DNA of 64,000 nt from an uncultured delta proteobacterium (GTDB lineage Bacteria > Desulfobacterota > Desulfomonilia > UBA1062): assembly GCA_963798485.1 (NCBI GenBank), contig CAWCTR010000017.1, forward strand, positions 224,001 through 288,000, in the 5' to 3' direction. Positions 1-9,737 of the stretch are shown piece after piece. Numbering within the stretch: the stretch's first letter is position 1; each line of letters opens with the position of its first letter. A program made the position numbers and the translations under genes. The notes beneath the pieces were generated by a model. The model worked only from the letters and a program-made list of their open reading frames with translations, did no database searches and was not told the DNA's origin.

Positions 1-348
1 GGTCTCATCCGCACCCAGGGCGGTTTTTTTGAGCCGCGGATTGTCCGGTGTGGGTGTGATACCGCACAGATGCAGGCGAGAGATGCCTGCCCCGTCCGAG
101 GTCCTAAATATTGAGCCCACATTATAGATGCTCCTTATGTTGTCCAGAAGCACCTCCATCCTTGGCAACGCTGGCTGGGAAACCATGCGGTGGGGCTTGT
201 GTTCTTCATAGGGCTCGGCGCCCAAGCGTGTCGGCCATCCACACCTGGGGCACCTCAGATCCGATGCCTGGTCTTCGAGTACCGGGAAACGCAGCCCGCA
301 AACCATCTTTGTGCAAAGCCTCATCTGGAGTCTCACTGCCTGCCGCAT
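1..348 (-). CDS. TrmH/SpoU-family RNA 2'-O-methyltransferase with N-terminal Zn-ribbon (3' end runs off the window; start could be 348 or 324)
   Basis: Minus-strand translation gives CTKMVCGLRFP...CPRCG followed by VLLDNIRSIYNVGSIFRTSDGAG...LCGITPTPDNPRLKKTALGA (SpoU motif 1). Not in the ORF track. Confidence 0.85.
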   Translation of the reverse strand, partial: MRQAVRLQMRLCTKMVCGLRFPVLEDQASDLRCPRCGWPTRLGAEPYEEHKPHRMVSQPALPRMEVLLDNIRSIYNVGSIFRTSDGAGISRLHLCGITPTPDNPRLKKTALGADET

Positions 349-497
349 GCATGGTAGCCTAGCATAGGAAGAATCGCAGAGGAATCAGAAAGGAAAACAT
401 AAAAGGCTTAAGGTATGACTATGCTATTTCCCCCTTGCCGAAGAATGTTCGAATCTTATTATCCTTACTATAGTTTCAAGAAAGGAGGGTCTCTCCC

Positions 498-1859
498 ATG
501 AAACCCATTGTCATAATCGGCGCCGTGGCTGCCGGTATGAGCGCGGCGAGCGTGATCAAGCGCGGACGCAAGGACCTGCAGGTCATAGTATACGGAAAGG
601 AACACTATATATCATATAGCGCTTGAGGCATGCCCTATTATGTATCCGGGCAGATACATAAATCCGACCAGCTCCTGGCGCTCTCGCCGGAAGAGGCAAG
701 AATCAAGCGCGGCATCGACCTGAAGGTGATGCACGAGGTAATCCATATCGACCGTCCGGTAAAAAGCGTAACTGTCCGCGATCTCACAACAGGCAAGACC
801 TTCGATCAGGAATATGAAAAACTCATTATGGCCACCGGGGCCAGGGCCATCAGGCCGGACCTGCCGGGAATCGAATTGTCCGGCATCTTCACCCTCAAGG
901 AATTTCAGGATGGGCTGGATCTGAGGAGATTCATCGAAAGAGAAAAACCAACCCGTGGCGTCATTATCGGCGGGGGGTATATCGGCGTCGAGATGGCCGA
1001 GGCCTTCGGCGCTCTGGGTATGGAAGTCTCGGTGATTGAGGTCCTGCCGCGGATTATGACAATCATGGATGAGGACATGTCAAAACTTGTAGCCGATGAG
1101 ATGACAAGGAACAGGGTCAAGATCATCACAGGGAAGAAGGTCGTGGGATTCAGGGGCTCCAGGCGTGTTGAGAAGGTGATCCTTGACGGCGGCGATTCGG
1201 TGGATGCGGATTGCGTGGTCCTCAGTATCGGGGTAGTTCCCAACAGCGAGCTGGCAACCGGTGCAGGTCTTGAGCTTGGGGAACGTAATGCCATAAAGAC
1301 AGACCGCTTCCAGAAGACCAGCGACCCGGACATCTTTGCCGCCGGCGACTGCTGCACTGCATATCATAGGGTTCTTAAACAGGACGTATACATCCCGCTG
1401 GGACTCACTGCCAACCGTCAGGGCAGGATGTGCGGGGGAAACCTGGTGGCCGAGCTGGCCGGAAAGGAGCTGAGGCCGTTCCCCGGAATCATCGGCACGG
1501 CCATTACCAAGGTATTCGACCTGGAGGTGGGAAAGACCGGCATCGGCCGGCTTGATATCGAACGGTACAAACTTGCGGGCATCAGCTCGGTTGCCATCAA
1601 GGCAGGAAACCTGCCGGGTTATTACCCGGGCTCAACGGATATGTGGGTGAAGATTTATTTCGAACAGGCCTCCAAGGTTATTATAGGTGGACAGATCATT
1701 GGAAAAGGGGGAACGGCCATGAGGCTCGATACCCTTGTTGCCGCCGTGAGCACAGGGATGACATTGGATGACCTCTATAGCCTTGACATGGCCTACGCCC
1801 CGCCCTTTGCCCCGGTCTGGGATCCGCTGCTCATCGCTGCAAAGACAGGGATGAGATAA
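498..1859 (+). CDS. CoA-disulfide reductase / NADH oxidase family flavoprotein, predicted selenoprotein (Sec43)
   Basis: RBS AGGAGG, then ATG498 MKPIVIIGAVAAGMSAA (FAD-binding) in frame with ORF 630..1859. TGA at 624-626 lies in SYSA-U-GMPYY, the redox Cys position of this family. GGGYIG, AGDC and YAPPF motifs are present. Confidence 0.88.
638..661 (+). promoter_or_regulatory. Putative bacterial SECIS hairpin
   Basis: Perfect 9-bp stem TTATGTATC/GATACATAA with a G-rich loop CGGGCA, beginning 11 nt after the in-frame UGA. Confidence 0.75.
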
Positions 1860-1880
1860 GATTTTACAGGCCTGTAGCCT

Positions 1881-1912
1881 GTAGGTTGGGTTGAGCGAAG
1901 CGAAACCCGACA
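1881..1912 (+). repeat. GTAG-type REP element
   Basis: GTAG followed by the imperfect palindrome GTTGGGTT-GAGCGAAGCGA-AACCCGAC, just downstream of a stop codon. Confidence 0.65.
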
Positions 1913-2012
1913 ATCAATCAGGCAACATTTGCTCCCTTGCAGTGAATAATTTCCTACCCACCATAGATGCATCATACCCATGAATGAGGCGAATCCATGC
2001 TCGGCAGCACCT

Positions 2013-2028
2013 TGGCACTATGGTTGCT
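2013..2028 (+). promoter_or_regulatory. sigma54 (-24/-12) promoter of fliK-flgD-flgE
   Basis: TGGCACTATGGTTGCT matches TGGCAC-N5-TTGCW. Confidence 0.85.
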
Positions 2029-2063
2029 CATAATGTCGGCAAAGACTTTTTATGGAGGCGATA

Positions 2064-3404
2064 ATGCAGTCACCCTTAGCCGCGCTCGTAGGAATTGCCA
2101 GTGGAGCAGTGGACCTCATTCAGAGGGCCATAAGCCACGACAGTCCCAAGGCAGGGTTCGACGAACAACTCCAGTCAGCCCTTGCAGAGGCGCCCGGGGC
2201 AGGCACGCCGATCAAAGAAAAGGCCAAGACGGAAAAAGGTTCCACGGATGATGACATAAAGGCGCTCCTTGAAAACCCCCAGGCGGTTCACGTGCTGCAG
2301 TACCTTTGCGCCCTTCAATCCATGGGCCTGAATAATGCCGATGCAAAGGCACTCTTGTCGGGCAAGACAGAGATATCTGATGACGGATTAAAGGCAATCC
2401 TGGCCGCTGTCGGGATCAAGGGCACAGACAGTGCTCAGCTTATGGCAGACCCAAAACTGGTAGCCGGCCTCAAGACACAGCTCGCAGATACTGTTTTAAC
2501 CAAGAATAATTCATTTACTGAGATGCTTGACGAAGCCCAGTCCGCACAATCCTCTGAGGTGGAGGCTTCAACAGGGGCCATTCCGGAGGTCCTTCAGGCC
2601 GTAGATGTGCTGGAAAAAACCTTGAATATTCCCAAGAAAACGCTGCAGGATCTCTTCTTCTCCTCAGACCCTCAGGTGCGCCAGGGTGCACTCGATGATG
2701 CCACTACGCAGATCAATGAGTTTCTGAAAGCCAATGCCGGCAAGGACCTGCCAAAACAGGTCACAGGTGCGCTCGGAGTGCTGAAAGGAGCCCTGACCGA
2801 GGATGAGTTCGCTAAAATTGAGAATACGTTCAAGGCAGTAAACCAGGATCCGGCACTTATTGCCCAGGGGCTCAACTTTGACGAGCATGTTGTGCAATCC
2901 CTTGCAAAGACCTTGGGTAATGAATCGGGAACGACCCAAGGCAGTTATACCCAACAGGTTATAGATCAGATCAAGCAAGCCTTGCCTACGGGTATGAAGA
3001 CCCTCGAAGGTTCCATGACCCTGAAACTAAATCCACCCATGCTAGGAAGGGTGGATGTGGAAATCCGTTTGCAAGACGGCCAGATCATGGCCTCTTTCAA
3101 GGCGGACCAGCCCATAACCCGCGACATACTGCAGCAGAACATGCATATCTTAAAGGATACCCTGGCAGAGCAGGGGATCAAGGCCACGCAGTTCGTTGTG
3201 ACCACCGATACCTTCAACTCTCGGGACCATCAAGGCAATCCCCTTGCATGGGCAGGATACGAACCGGATCAAAACGGTTCCTCCGGCCGGCAGGGCAACC
3301 GGCAAGGTACAGGAAACCCTGGCAGAGGCCAGGATGAGTATTTGGGCGGCAATACACCCGTCCAGGGTTACTCCGAACAGGGCGGACTCGATATCTTTGC
3401 CTGA
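2064..3404 (+). CDS. fliK: Flagellar hook-length control protein
   Basis: C-terminal LKLNPPMLGRVDVEI...LAEQGI motif and GLDIFA end; lies upstream of flgD. GGAGG RBS precedes ATG2064. Confidence 0.85.
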   Translation: MQSPLAALVGIASGAVDLIQRAISHDSPKAGFDEQLQSALAEAPGAGTPIKEKAKTEKGSTDDDIKALLENPQAVHVLQYLCALQSMGLNNADAKALLSGKTEISDDGLKAILAAVGIKGTDSAQLMADPKLVAGLKTQLADTVLTKNNSFTEMLDEAQSAQSSEVEASTGAIPEVLQAVDVLEKTLNIPKKTLQDLFFSSDPQVRQGALDDATTQINEFLKANAGKDLPKQVTGALGVLKGALTEDEFAKIENTFKAVNQDPALIAQGLNFDEHVVQSLAKTLGNESGTTQGSYTQQVIDQIKQALPTGMKTLEGSMTLKLNPPMLGRVDVEIRLQDGQIMASFKADQPITRDILQQNMHILKDTLAEQGIKATQFVVTTDTFNSRDHQGNPLAWAGYEPDQNGSSGRQGNRQGTGNPGRGQDEYLGGNTPVQGYSEQGGLDIFA

Positions 3405-3424
3405 AAAAGGGAGGTAATAACATT

Positions 3425-4105
3425 ATGTCGACAGTAGGATTAGACAACATTCTTTCAACCCAAGCGGCAACGGCAACGGCATCTACGGCATCGACGAGCC
3501 AGACCACGGCCTCGTCTGAAAAGGACATGTTCCTGAACCTGCTGGTGAAGCAACTCCAGTATCAGGACCCTCTGAATCCTGTCGAGAACACGGAGTTTGC
3601 CTCACAGCTCGCCCAGTTCTCTTCACTTGAGGCGCTCACGGACATGCAGAGCAGCATCGATAATATGAGCACGGTCCAGAACTCCATGAACAGCATGCAG
3701 GCCATCTCGTTTATCGGAAAACAGGTGGCTGGCAGCGGTAATACCATCAACTATACCGCAGGCAGCAGCTCTGCCATCGACTACAATGTCGCAAACAGTG
3801 CAGCGCAGGTCGTTATCAAGATCAATAACTCGAGCGGAGTGACCGTGCGCACCATAGCTCTGAATAATGTCCAGCAAGGGGATAACACGTATACCTGGGA
3901 CGGCACAAGCGACAGCGGCTCAAGCCTCGGCACAGGAACATATACGCTCAATATCAGTGCCGCGGATTATAACGGAAACGCTGTTACAACCACTACGAGC
4001 ACGAGCGGCACGGTCACGGGTGTGAGGTACGACAGCGGGAATATCTATCTCGAGGTCGGTGACAAGGAAGTAAGCTTATCTAATGTAAGTGAGATCTCCA
4101 ACTAA
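3425..4105 (+). CDS. flgD: Flagellar hook capping protein
   Basis: FLNLLVKQLQYQDPLNP...FASQLAQFSSLE motif. Confidence 0.95.
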   Translation: MSTVGLDNILSTQAATATASTASTSQTTASSEKDMFLNLLVKQLQYQDPLNPVENTEFASQLAQFSSLEALTDMQSSIDNMSTVQNSMNSMQAISFIGKQVAGSGNTINYTAGSSSAIDYNVANSAAQVVIKINNSSGVTVRTIALNNVQQGDNTYTWDGTSDSGSSLGTGTYTLNISAADYNGNAVTTTTSTSGTVTGVRYDSGNIYLEVGDKEVSLSNVSEISN

Positions 4106-4131
4106 CGAAAGGACAAAAAAAGGAGGCTTAT

Positions 4132-5673
4132 ATGGGTATATCCAGTTCATTATATTCCGGAATCAGCGGTCTTTCCGTGATGAGTCAGGCCATGAGCGTC
4201 ATCGGCAATAATATCGCCAATGTGAACACCATCGGCTTTAAATCGAGCAGCGCAACGTTCCAGGATGTCTTGGCGCAGTCAGTGGCAACGGCATCCGGTA
4301 CGTCACAGGTCGGGCGAGGCACGCAATTAGGCGTAATTTCCCCGCAGTTCGTGCAGGGCTCTTTCCAGTCCACCTCAAACGCCACCGATCTGGCCATAGG
4401 CGGCAACGGCTTCTTCATCGTCTCTCCCAAGAATGAAAATGCCGAATACTATACCAGGGCCGGCGGTTTCCAGTTCGATTCAGAAGGCAACTTCGTCAAC
4501 TCTTCAGGGGATGTGGTCCAGGGGTGGGCACTCGATTCGAGCGGCAATGACGTGGGGACCTTGGCGGACATCAAAATGGACACATTCACCTCCCCGCCGT
4601 CTGCCACTACCAAGCTCACTGCCATCACGAACCTCGACAGCACCGATACATCGAATGCCGATAGTCTCTTCGCAAAATGGGCCGGGACAGACCCCCTTAC
4701 AGGAAAAGACTCCACCTCTCCGATCGCGGATACATCCTACGGCTATTCGACCACACAGCAGGTTTATGACTCACAGGGTAATTCACACGATGTCACCATC
4801 TACTATGACAAGCTGAGCTCTGCTGCTACCAACGAATACGCTCCGGGCACAACCGCTACCGACAATTCCTGGGAGTACATCGTGACCTGCAACCCCAGCG
4901 ACGACCTCAGGACGGGATTTAATGGGACAGCAGAAAAGGGGGTTCTCATGAGAGGGACCGTCACCTTTGATGCCACGACCGGCGATGTCTCGTCAATGAG
5001 CACGTTTACCGACGACAGCGGCGCCGATCCTACACAGGCGGCCAACTGGACGGATGCAAGCTTCTCCTCGAATGGATACCCCGAGGTAACCACTCAGTTT
5101 GTCTCAGGCGTCGACCAGACGATTTCGCTCGACATGGGTATCCGCAGCACGAGCGGGACATGGAATGCCGGAGGTGCGGCCAATGTCGCCGACATTACAG
5201 ACCCCACCACTCCGTTGCCGTTGCCGTCATCCACCTGGCAGCCGGAGGCCCAGACATCAACCCAGTATGCCGCTTCATCTTCCACCAACTACCAGACCCA
5301 GGACGGATATGGCCCGGGTTTCCTGAACAGCATATCGGTGGATACCACAGGCGTCATGTCCGGTAGTTACAGCAACGGCCAGATCCTGAAACTCTTTCAG
5401 GTAGGCCTTGCCAAGTTTAACGACGAGCAGGCGCTTACCGATGTGGGCAACAGCCTCTGGAGCGCAAACAGCGCATCCGGTGATGCCATAACCGGTCATC
5501 CTGGCGACAACGGCCTGGGCAGCATCTCATCCAACTCGCTGGAACAGTCCAATGTGGACATCGCCACCGAGTTCGTCAATATGATCACCACCCAGCGTGG
5601 GTATGAGGCGAACTCAAAGGTTATCACCACGGTCGATACCATGCTCCAGGATCTTATCAACATCATACGGTAA
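4132..5673 (+). CDS. flgE: Flagellar hook protein
   Basis: GNNIANVNTIGFK, YTRAGGF and SLEQSNVDIATEFVNMITTQRGYEAN motifs. Confidence 0.95.
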   Translation: MGISSSLYSGISGLSVMSQAMSVIGNNIANVNTIGFKSSSATFQDVLAQSVATASGTSQVGRGTQLGVISPQFVQGSFQSTSNATDLAIGGNGFFIVSPKNENAEYYTRAGGFQFDSEGNFVNSSGDVVQGWALDSSGNDVGTLADIKMDTFTSPPSATTKLTAITNLDSTDTSNADSLFAKWAGTDPLTGKDSTSPIADTSYGYSTTQQVYDSQGNSHDVTIYYDKLSSAATNEYAPGTTATDNSWEYIVTCNPSDDLRTGFNGTAEKGVLMRGTVTFDATTGDVSSMSTFTDDSGADPTQAANWTDASFSSNGYPEVTTQFVSGVDQTISLDMGIRSTSGTWNAGGAANVADITDPTTPLPLPSSTWQPEAQTSTQYAASSSTNYQTQDGYGPGFLNSISVDTTGVMSGSYSNGQILKLFQVGLAKFNDEQALTDVGNSLWSANSASGDAITGHPGDNGLGSISSNSLEQSNVDIATEFVNMITTQRGYEANSKVITTVDTMLQDLINIIR

Positions 5674-5688
5674 CACGTTAAGCCGATC

Positions 5689-5727
5689 CCTTCGGGCGTC
5701 CGGATTCCCGGCCCGGATGCCCGAAGG
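5689..5727 (+). terminator. Stem-loop after flgE (terminator or mRNA-stabilising hairpin)
   Basis: 15-bp stem CCTTCGGGCGTCCGG/CCGGATGCCCGAAGG with one G-U pair; no clear U-tract. Confidence 0.5.
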
Positions 5728-5819
5728 CGTCAAATTTATGACTTGTTCAGCCAGGATGTTTAATGACGCAAACCTTTCATCTTATTGAAAATAAAGGTGA
5801 AGATAATAGTTCTCCCTCG

Positions 5820-5835
5820 TGGCACACCCCTTGCT
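5820..5835 (+). promoter_or_regulatory. sigma54 promoter of the motA-fliR operon
   Basis: TGGCACACCCCTTGCT matches the consensus, 45 nt before motA. Confidence 0.85.
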
Positions 5836-5880
5836 TTCCTGCTTAGCAATATTTCAGATTGTACGCATTAAGGGGTTCGT

Positions 5881-6660
5881 ATGGATTTTGCAACGATTAT
5901 AGGTGTGTTGGTGGCCTTCGGCATGGTCTTTATGGGGATCATTTCCGGGAGCCCGCTGACACTCTTTGTGGATATCCCGAGTGTGATGATCACCATAGGA
6001 GGCACCTTCGGGATCATCTTCATCAATTACCCCTTAAAGGATGTAATGGGTGTCTTCGGCGTTATCAGAAACGTCTTTTTCAACAAGCGCCGCGAGGTCC
6101 ATGTGTTGATCCCCTTATTCGTTGACTTTGCCTCACAGGCCCGCCGTGAAGGGATACTGGTCCTTGAGAGCGCGGCTGAAGAGCTCCGCGACCCGTTTTT
6201 CAAGCAGGGCCTGGAGCTCGTTATTGATGGCCTTGAACCCCAGGCAATCCGCGAGATCTTAGAGACCGAGATCGACCATATTGAGCGCCGTCACACCAGG
6301 GGGGCGGACATCCTCAACTCATTGGGCACCTATGCCCCGGCCATGGGTATGCTCGGCACCCTCATCGGACTTATCCAGATGCTCCAGTCCATGTCCGACC
6401 CGTCCACCATCGGGCCTTCAATGGCAGTGGCGCTCATAACCACCTTCTACGGTTCTATCATGGCAAACCTGATTGCCCTGCCCATGGCAGGCAAACTTAC
6501 CATGCGCTCCAGGGAGGAGGTTGTGGAAAAGGGGATGATCATCGAGGGTATCATGGCCATCTCAGCGGGTGACAACCCCAGGATAGTGGAACGAAAACTT
6601 CATTCATTCCTGGCCCCGGCCTTCAGAGAGCCGGTGGTGAATCGTATGCGTGGTGAATAG
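5881..6660 (+). CDS. motA: Flagellar stator subunit MotA/PomA
   Basis: ARREGILVLE, APAMGMLGTLIGLIQML and AVALITTFYG motifs. Confidence 0.95.
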   Translation: MDFATIIGVLVAFGMVFMGIISGSPLTLFVDIPSVMITIGGTFGIIFINYPLKDVMGVFGVIRNVFFNKRREVHVLIPLFVDFASQARREGILVLESAAEELRDPFFKQGLELVIDGLEPQAIREILETEIDHIERRHTRGADILNSLGTYAPAMGMLGTLIGLIQMLQSMSDPSTIGPSMAVALITTFYGSIMANLIALPMAGKLTMRSREEVVEKGMIIEGIMAISAGDNPRIVERKLHSFLAPAFREPVVNRMRGE

Positions 6661-6662
6661 CA

Positions 6663-7451
6663 ATGGCCAGGAAAAAGGTTATCTATGTCGAGAAGCCCAT
6701 GAATATCACGATGTATTTGCTGGCCTCGCTCTTCCTTTTCCTGCTCACCTTTTTCGTCATATTGAGCTCGATCAGCGTCATGGACAATAAGCGTCAGAAG
6801 ATAGCCATCGGCTCCATCAAGGGTGGATTTGGTATATTGCCCGGCGGCAGGAGTCCCTTTTCATCCACAGGTCCCAAGAACATCCTGCCGCAGAGGCCTC
6901 CTATACAGAGTGGCCGGATGGATCTTCAGAGTATCCAGAACTCCCTTGCCGGCACGGGGATCATCAGCGGCATCAGTGTGACCCAGGGTAAGCTCGGGGC
7001 CCTCATCACCATAAAATCCCCCATCCTCTTTACCGGGCAGACCGATGTGTTCAGCAAGGACAGCCAAGCCGTGCTGTCAGCCATAGCCAAGGTCCTTTCG
7101 CAGGGTGACAACAGGGTCATCATCACAGGGCACACGGATTCCATACCCTTGGAGGCTCCGCCCTATTATTCAAACTGGGGGCTGTCCGGCGCCAGGGCCC
7201 TGGCCGTGCTCTCTTATCTGGAGGCTAACGGCATCTCGGGAAGGCGTCTATCGGTGTATGGCATGGGTTCAACAAGGCCCATTGCACCCAACAGCACGGA
7301 AGAAGGCAGGAAGATGAACGGGCGGGTCGAGATCACCATAGTGGGCGAGGTCCCGGAAGATGTCGACCTTAAAGGACTCAAACAGACCCGAGGGGAGTGG
7401 TTCCGTTCAATATTCTACAAAGGGTTTAATATCGAGTTGGATGAACAGTGA
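6663..7451 (+). CDS. motB: MotB-like stator subunit 1 (OmpA-like domain; TM lacks the conserved Asp)
   Basis: TM segment YLLASLFLFLLTFFVIL; GHTD, NWGLSGARA and NGRVEI motifs. Confidence 0.85.
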   Translation: MARKKVIYVEKPMNITMYLLASLFLFLLTFFVILSSISVMDNKRQKIAIGSIKGGFGILPGGRSPFSSTGPKNILPQRPPIQSGRMDLQSIQNSLAGTGIISGISVTQGKLGALITIKSPILFTGQTDVFSKDSQAVLSAIAKVLSQGDNRVIITGHTDSIPLEAPPYYSNWGLSGARALAVLSYLEANGISGRRLSVYGMGSTRPIAPNSTEEGRKMNGRVEITIVGEVPEDVDLKGLKQTRGEWFRSIFYKGFNIELDEQ

Positions 7452-8170
7452 TGTTTAGACAAAATAAAAACGTCCTCATTGTCAAGATGCCCAGCCGTTT
7501 GAACTGGATGACAACGTTCTGCGACATGCTCACCATACTTCTGTGCTTCTTTGTGCTTATCATCTCCATGTCATCAATGGAAAGCAAGGCACTGAAAGAT
7601 ACCTTCGGGTTTTTCAGCTCAGTTACGGGACCGCTTGAATTTCAAGAGGATCATGAGGTGAAGGTCGTACAACCTGTAGTGAAAACCAAACCCAATATCA
7701 TGTCGCTCAATGTCGCGAGCCTGAAAAGGAGCCTGATGATCTCGCTGAAGAACCAGAACATCGTGAATATCCCCGGCCGGGGCATTGATGTAGGCGATGT
7801 GAAGGAGACAAACCGGGGTTTTGCCATCGCCGTGCCTGACGGGGTCGTGTTCGATAAGGCCTCTAAAGAGTTGAAAAAAGACGCTGAACCTGTGCTCAAG
7901 GGGATCGCCGATGCCGTCAGGGGCATAGATGTGACCATCGCAATCGAAGGGCATACGGACAACATCGGCAACGAGCAATCGAACTGGAGGCTGTCGCTCT
8001 CTAGGGCCATAAGCATAGCAGACTTTCTTGTTTATAACCAGGGCTTGAGCCCTGAAAGGATCTGCGTTGCCGGGTACGGGTCAAAGAGGCCTGTTGCCAC
8101 CAATGAAACGCAAGGTGGAAGGGACAGAAACAGACGGGTGGAGATCATCTTTTTGAAAGACCGCATATAG
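7448..8170 (+). CDS. motB: MotB stator subunit 2
   Basis: WMTTFCDMLTILLCFFV, GHTDN, NWRLSLSRA and NRRVEI motifs. Confidence 0.9.
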   Translation: MMFRQNKNVLIVKMPSRLNWMTTFCDMLTILLCFFVLIISMSSMESKALKDTFGFFSSVTGPLEFQEDHEVKVVQPVVKTKPNIMSLNVASLKRSLMISLKNQNIVNIPGRGIDVGDVKETNRGFAIAVPDGVVFDKASKELKKDAEPVLKGIADAVRGIDVTIAIEGHTDNIGNEQSNWRLSLSRAISIADFLVYNQGLSPERICVAGYGSKRPVATNETQGGRDRNRRVEIIFLKDRI

Positions 8171-8179
8171 GAGGACCGC

Positions 8180-8728
8180 ATGGCAGGTGAGGAAAAGGAA
8201 GAGAAAAAAGAACAGGCCCCGGCAGAGAAGAAGAAACTGCCAGTGAAGCTCATCATTATTGTGCTCGTTGTTGTATTAGTCCTTAGTGGTGCGGCAGCCG
8301 GATATTTCGTGTTCGCCGGGCACAAGGGGAAGTCATCGGGCAAGGAAGACCCCGGTAAGGAAGTGAAAAAAGAGCAGGTCAAGGAAGAAGGCTCTAAAAA
8401 GGGCGGCGGTGAAGGAGAAGGTGTTTCCGGGAACATGAAACAGCTTGATCCGTTCATCGTCAATCTTGCAGACGCCGAGGGTCAGAGATATCTCAAGGCC
8501 GTCATACAGCTCGAGTTGGATAATGCATCTCTTGAAGGTGAGATCCAGGGAAAGCTTCCCCAGATACGCGATGAGATCCTCATGATACTCTCCAACAAGA
8601 CCTTTGACGATGTATCAACAACGGCAGGAAAGAGGATGGTCAAACGCGAGATTGCATCCGCAGTGAACAAGTATCTCACCGGTGGCCAGGTTACACAGGT
8701 ATATTTTACCGAATTCGTAGTCCAGTGA
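8180..8728 (+). CDS. fliL: Flagellar basal body protein FliL
   Basis: Single TM, FIVNLAD, PQIRDEIL and VYFTEFVVQ. Confidence 0.95.
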   Translation: MAGEEKEEKKEQAPAEKKKLPVKLIIIVLVVVLVLSGAAAGYFVFAGHKGKSSGKEDPGKEVKKEQVKEEGSKKGGGEGEGVSGNMKQLDPFIVNLADAEGQRYLKAVIQLELDNASLEGEIQGKLPQIRDEILMILSNKTFDDVSTTAGKRMVKREIASAVNKYLTGGQVTQVYFTEFVVQ

Positions 8729-8737
8729 GGATGTAGT

Positions 8738-9727
8738 ATGGGACAGATCCTGAGCCAGGATGAGGTTGATGCCCTATTAAAAGGGGTTGTCGGCGGAGAT
8801 ATCGCTACAGAGATGGACATACCGGCTCTGGAAGAGGGCCAGATAGATCGGTTTGACTTTGCAGCGCAGGATAAGGTTGTCAGAGGCCGGATGCCTTCGC
8901 TCGACGCGATCCATGACCGGTTCGCTAGGTTCTTCCGGAACACGCTCTCAAGCATGCTCAGGAAGATGGTGGACATCACGCCGGTATCGCTTGATACGAT
9001 CAAGTTCGGCAACTTTATGCGGTCGTTGCCGGTGCCGTCGAGCATACATATCATCCGGGTGGAGCCGCTACGGGGTAATGCCCTGGTTATTGTTGAGGCC
9101 AAGCTCGTATTCGGGCTCATCGACAGCTTTTTCGGAGGTAAAGGGGCAGGGAACATGAAGGTGGAAGGCCGCGAGTTTACCGCCATCGAGCAGCGCATGC
9201 TCATCAAGGTGGTGCGCTCCGCCATAAAGGAATTGGCCGGTTCCTGGCAACCGGTTTATGAACTTGAATTAAACTATGTCCGTTCCGAGATGAATCCCCA
9301 GTTTGCAGGCATCATTCCCAATGAGGATGTAATCGTGGTGGCCCAGTTCGAGGTGGAGATGGACGAGATGACAGGCAATATCATGGTGTGCCTGCCATAT
9401 ATGCTCATCGAGCCTATTAGGGACAGACTCTATGCAACCTTCCACTCCGAGGAGAAGATGAGTGTGGACCTGGCGTGGGTCAGCCGGCTCAAGGTAGAAC
9501 TTCTGGGGGTATATGTGGATATCGACGTTGAGCTTGGCAGGGCCCAGATATCGCCAAGAGAGCTCTCATCGCTCAAGCCGGGAAATGTGGTTGTGTTGGA
9601 CAAGGATATAAACGATCCGCTTATGGTGAAGGTGCAGAATTTGCCGAAGTTCTACGCCAAGCCCGGAAGGATAAAAGACAATCTCGCAATAGATGTTGTA
9701 AGTGCGATCGACAGAAAGCTCTTCTAA
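8738..9727 (+). CDS. fliM: Flagellar motor switch protein FliM
   Basis: ILSQDEVDALL CheY-binding N-terminus; REFTAIE. Confidence 0.95.
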   Translation: MGQILSQDEVDALLKGVVGGDIATEMDIPALEEGQIDRFDFAAQDKVVRGRMPSLDAIHDRFARFFRNTLSSMLRKMVDITPVSLDTIKFGNFMRSLPVPSSIHIIRVEPLRGNALVIVEAKLVFGLIDSFFGGKGAGNMKVEGREFTAIEQRMLIKVVRSAIKELAGSWQPVYELELNYVRSEMNPQFAGIIPNEDVIVVAQFEVEMDEMTGNIMVCLPYMLIEPIRDRLYATFHSEEKMSVDLAWVSRLKVELLGVYVDIDVELGRAQISPRELSSLKPGNVVVLDKDINDPLMVKVQNLPKFYAKPGRIKDNLAIDVVSAIDRKLF

Positions 9728-9737
9728 GGAGGGGGCA

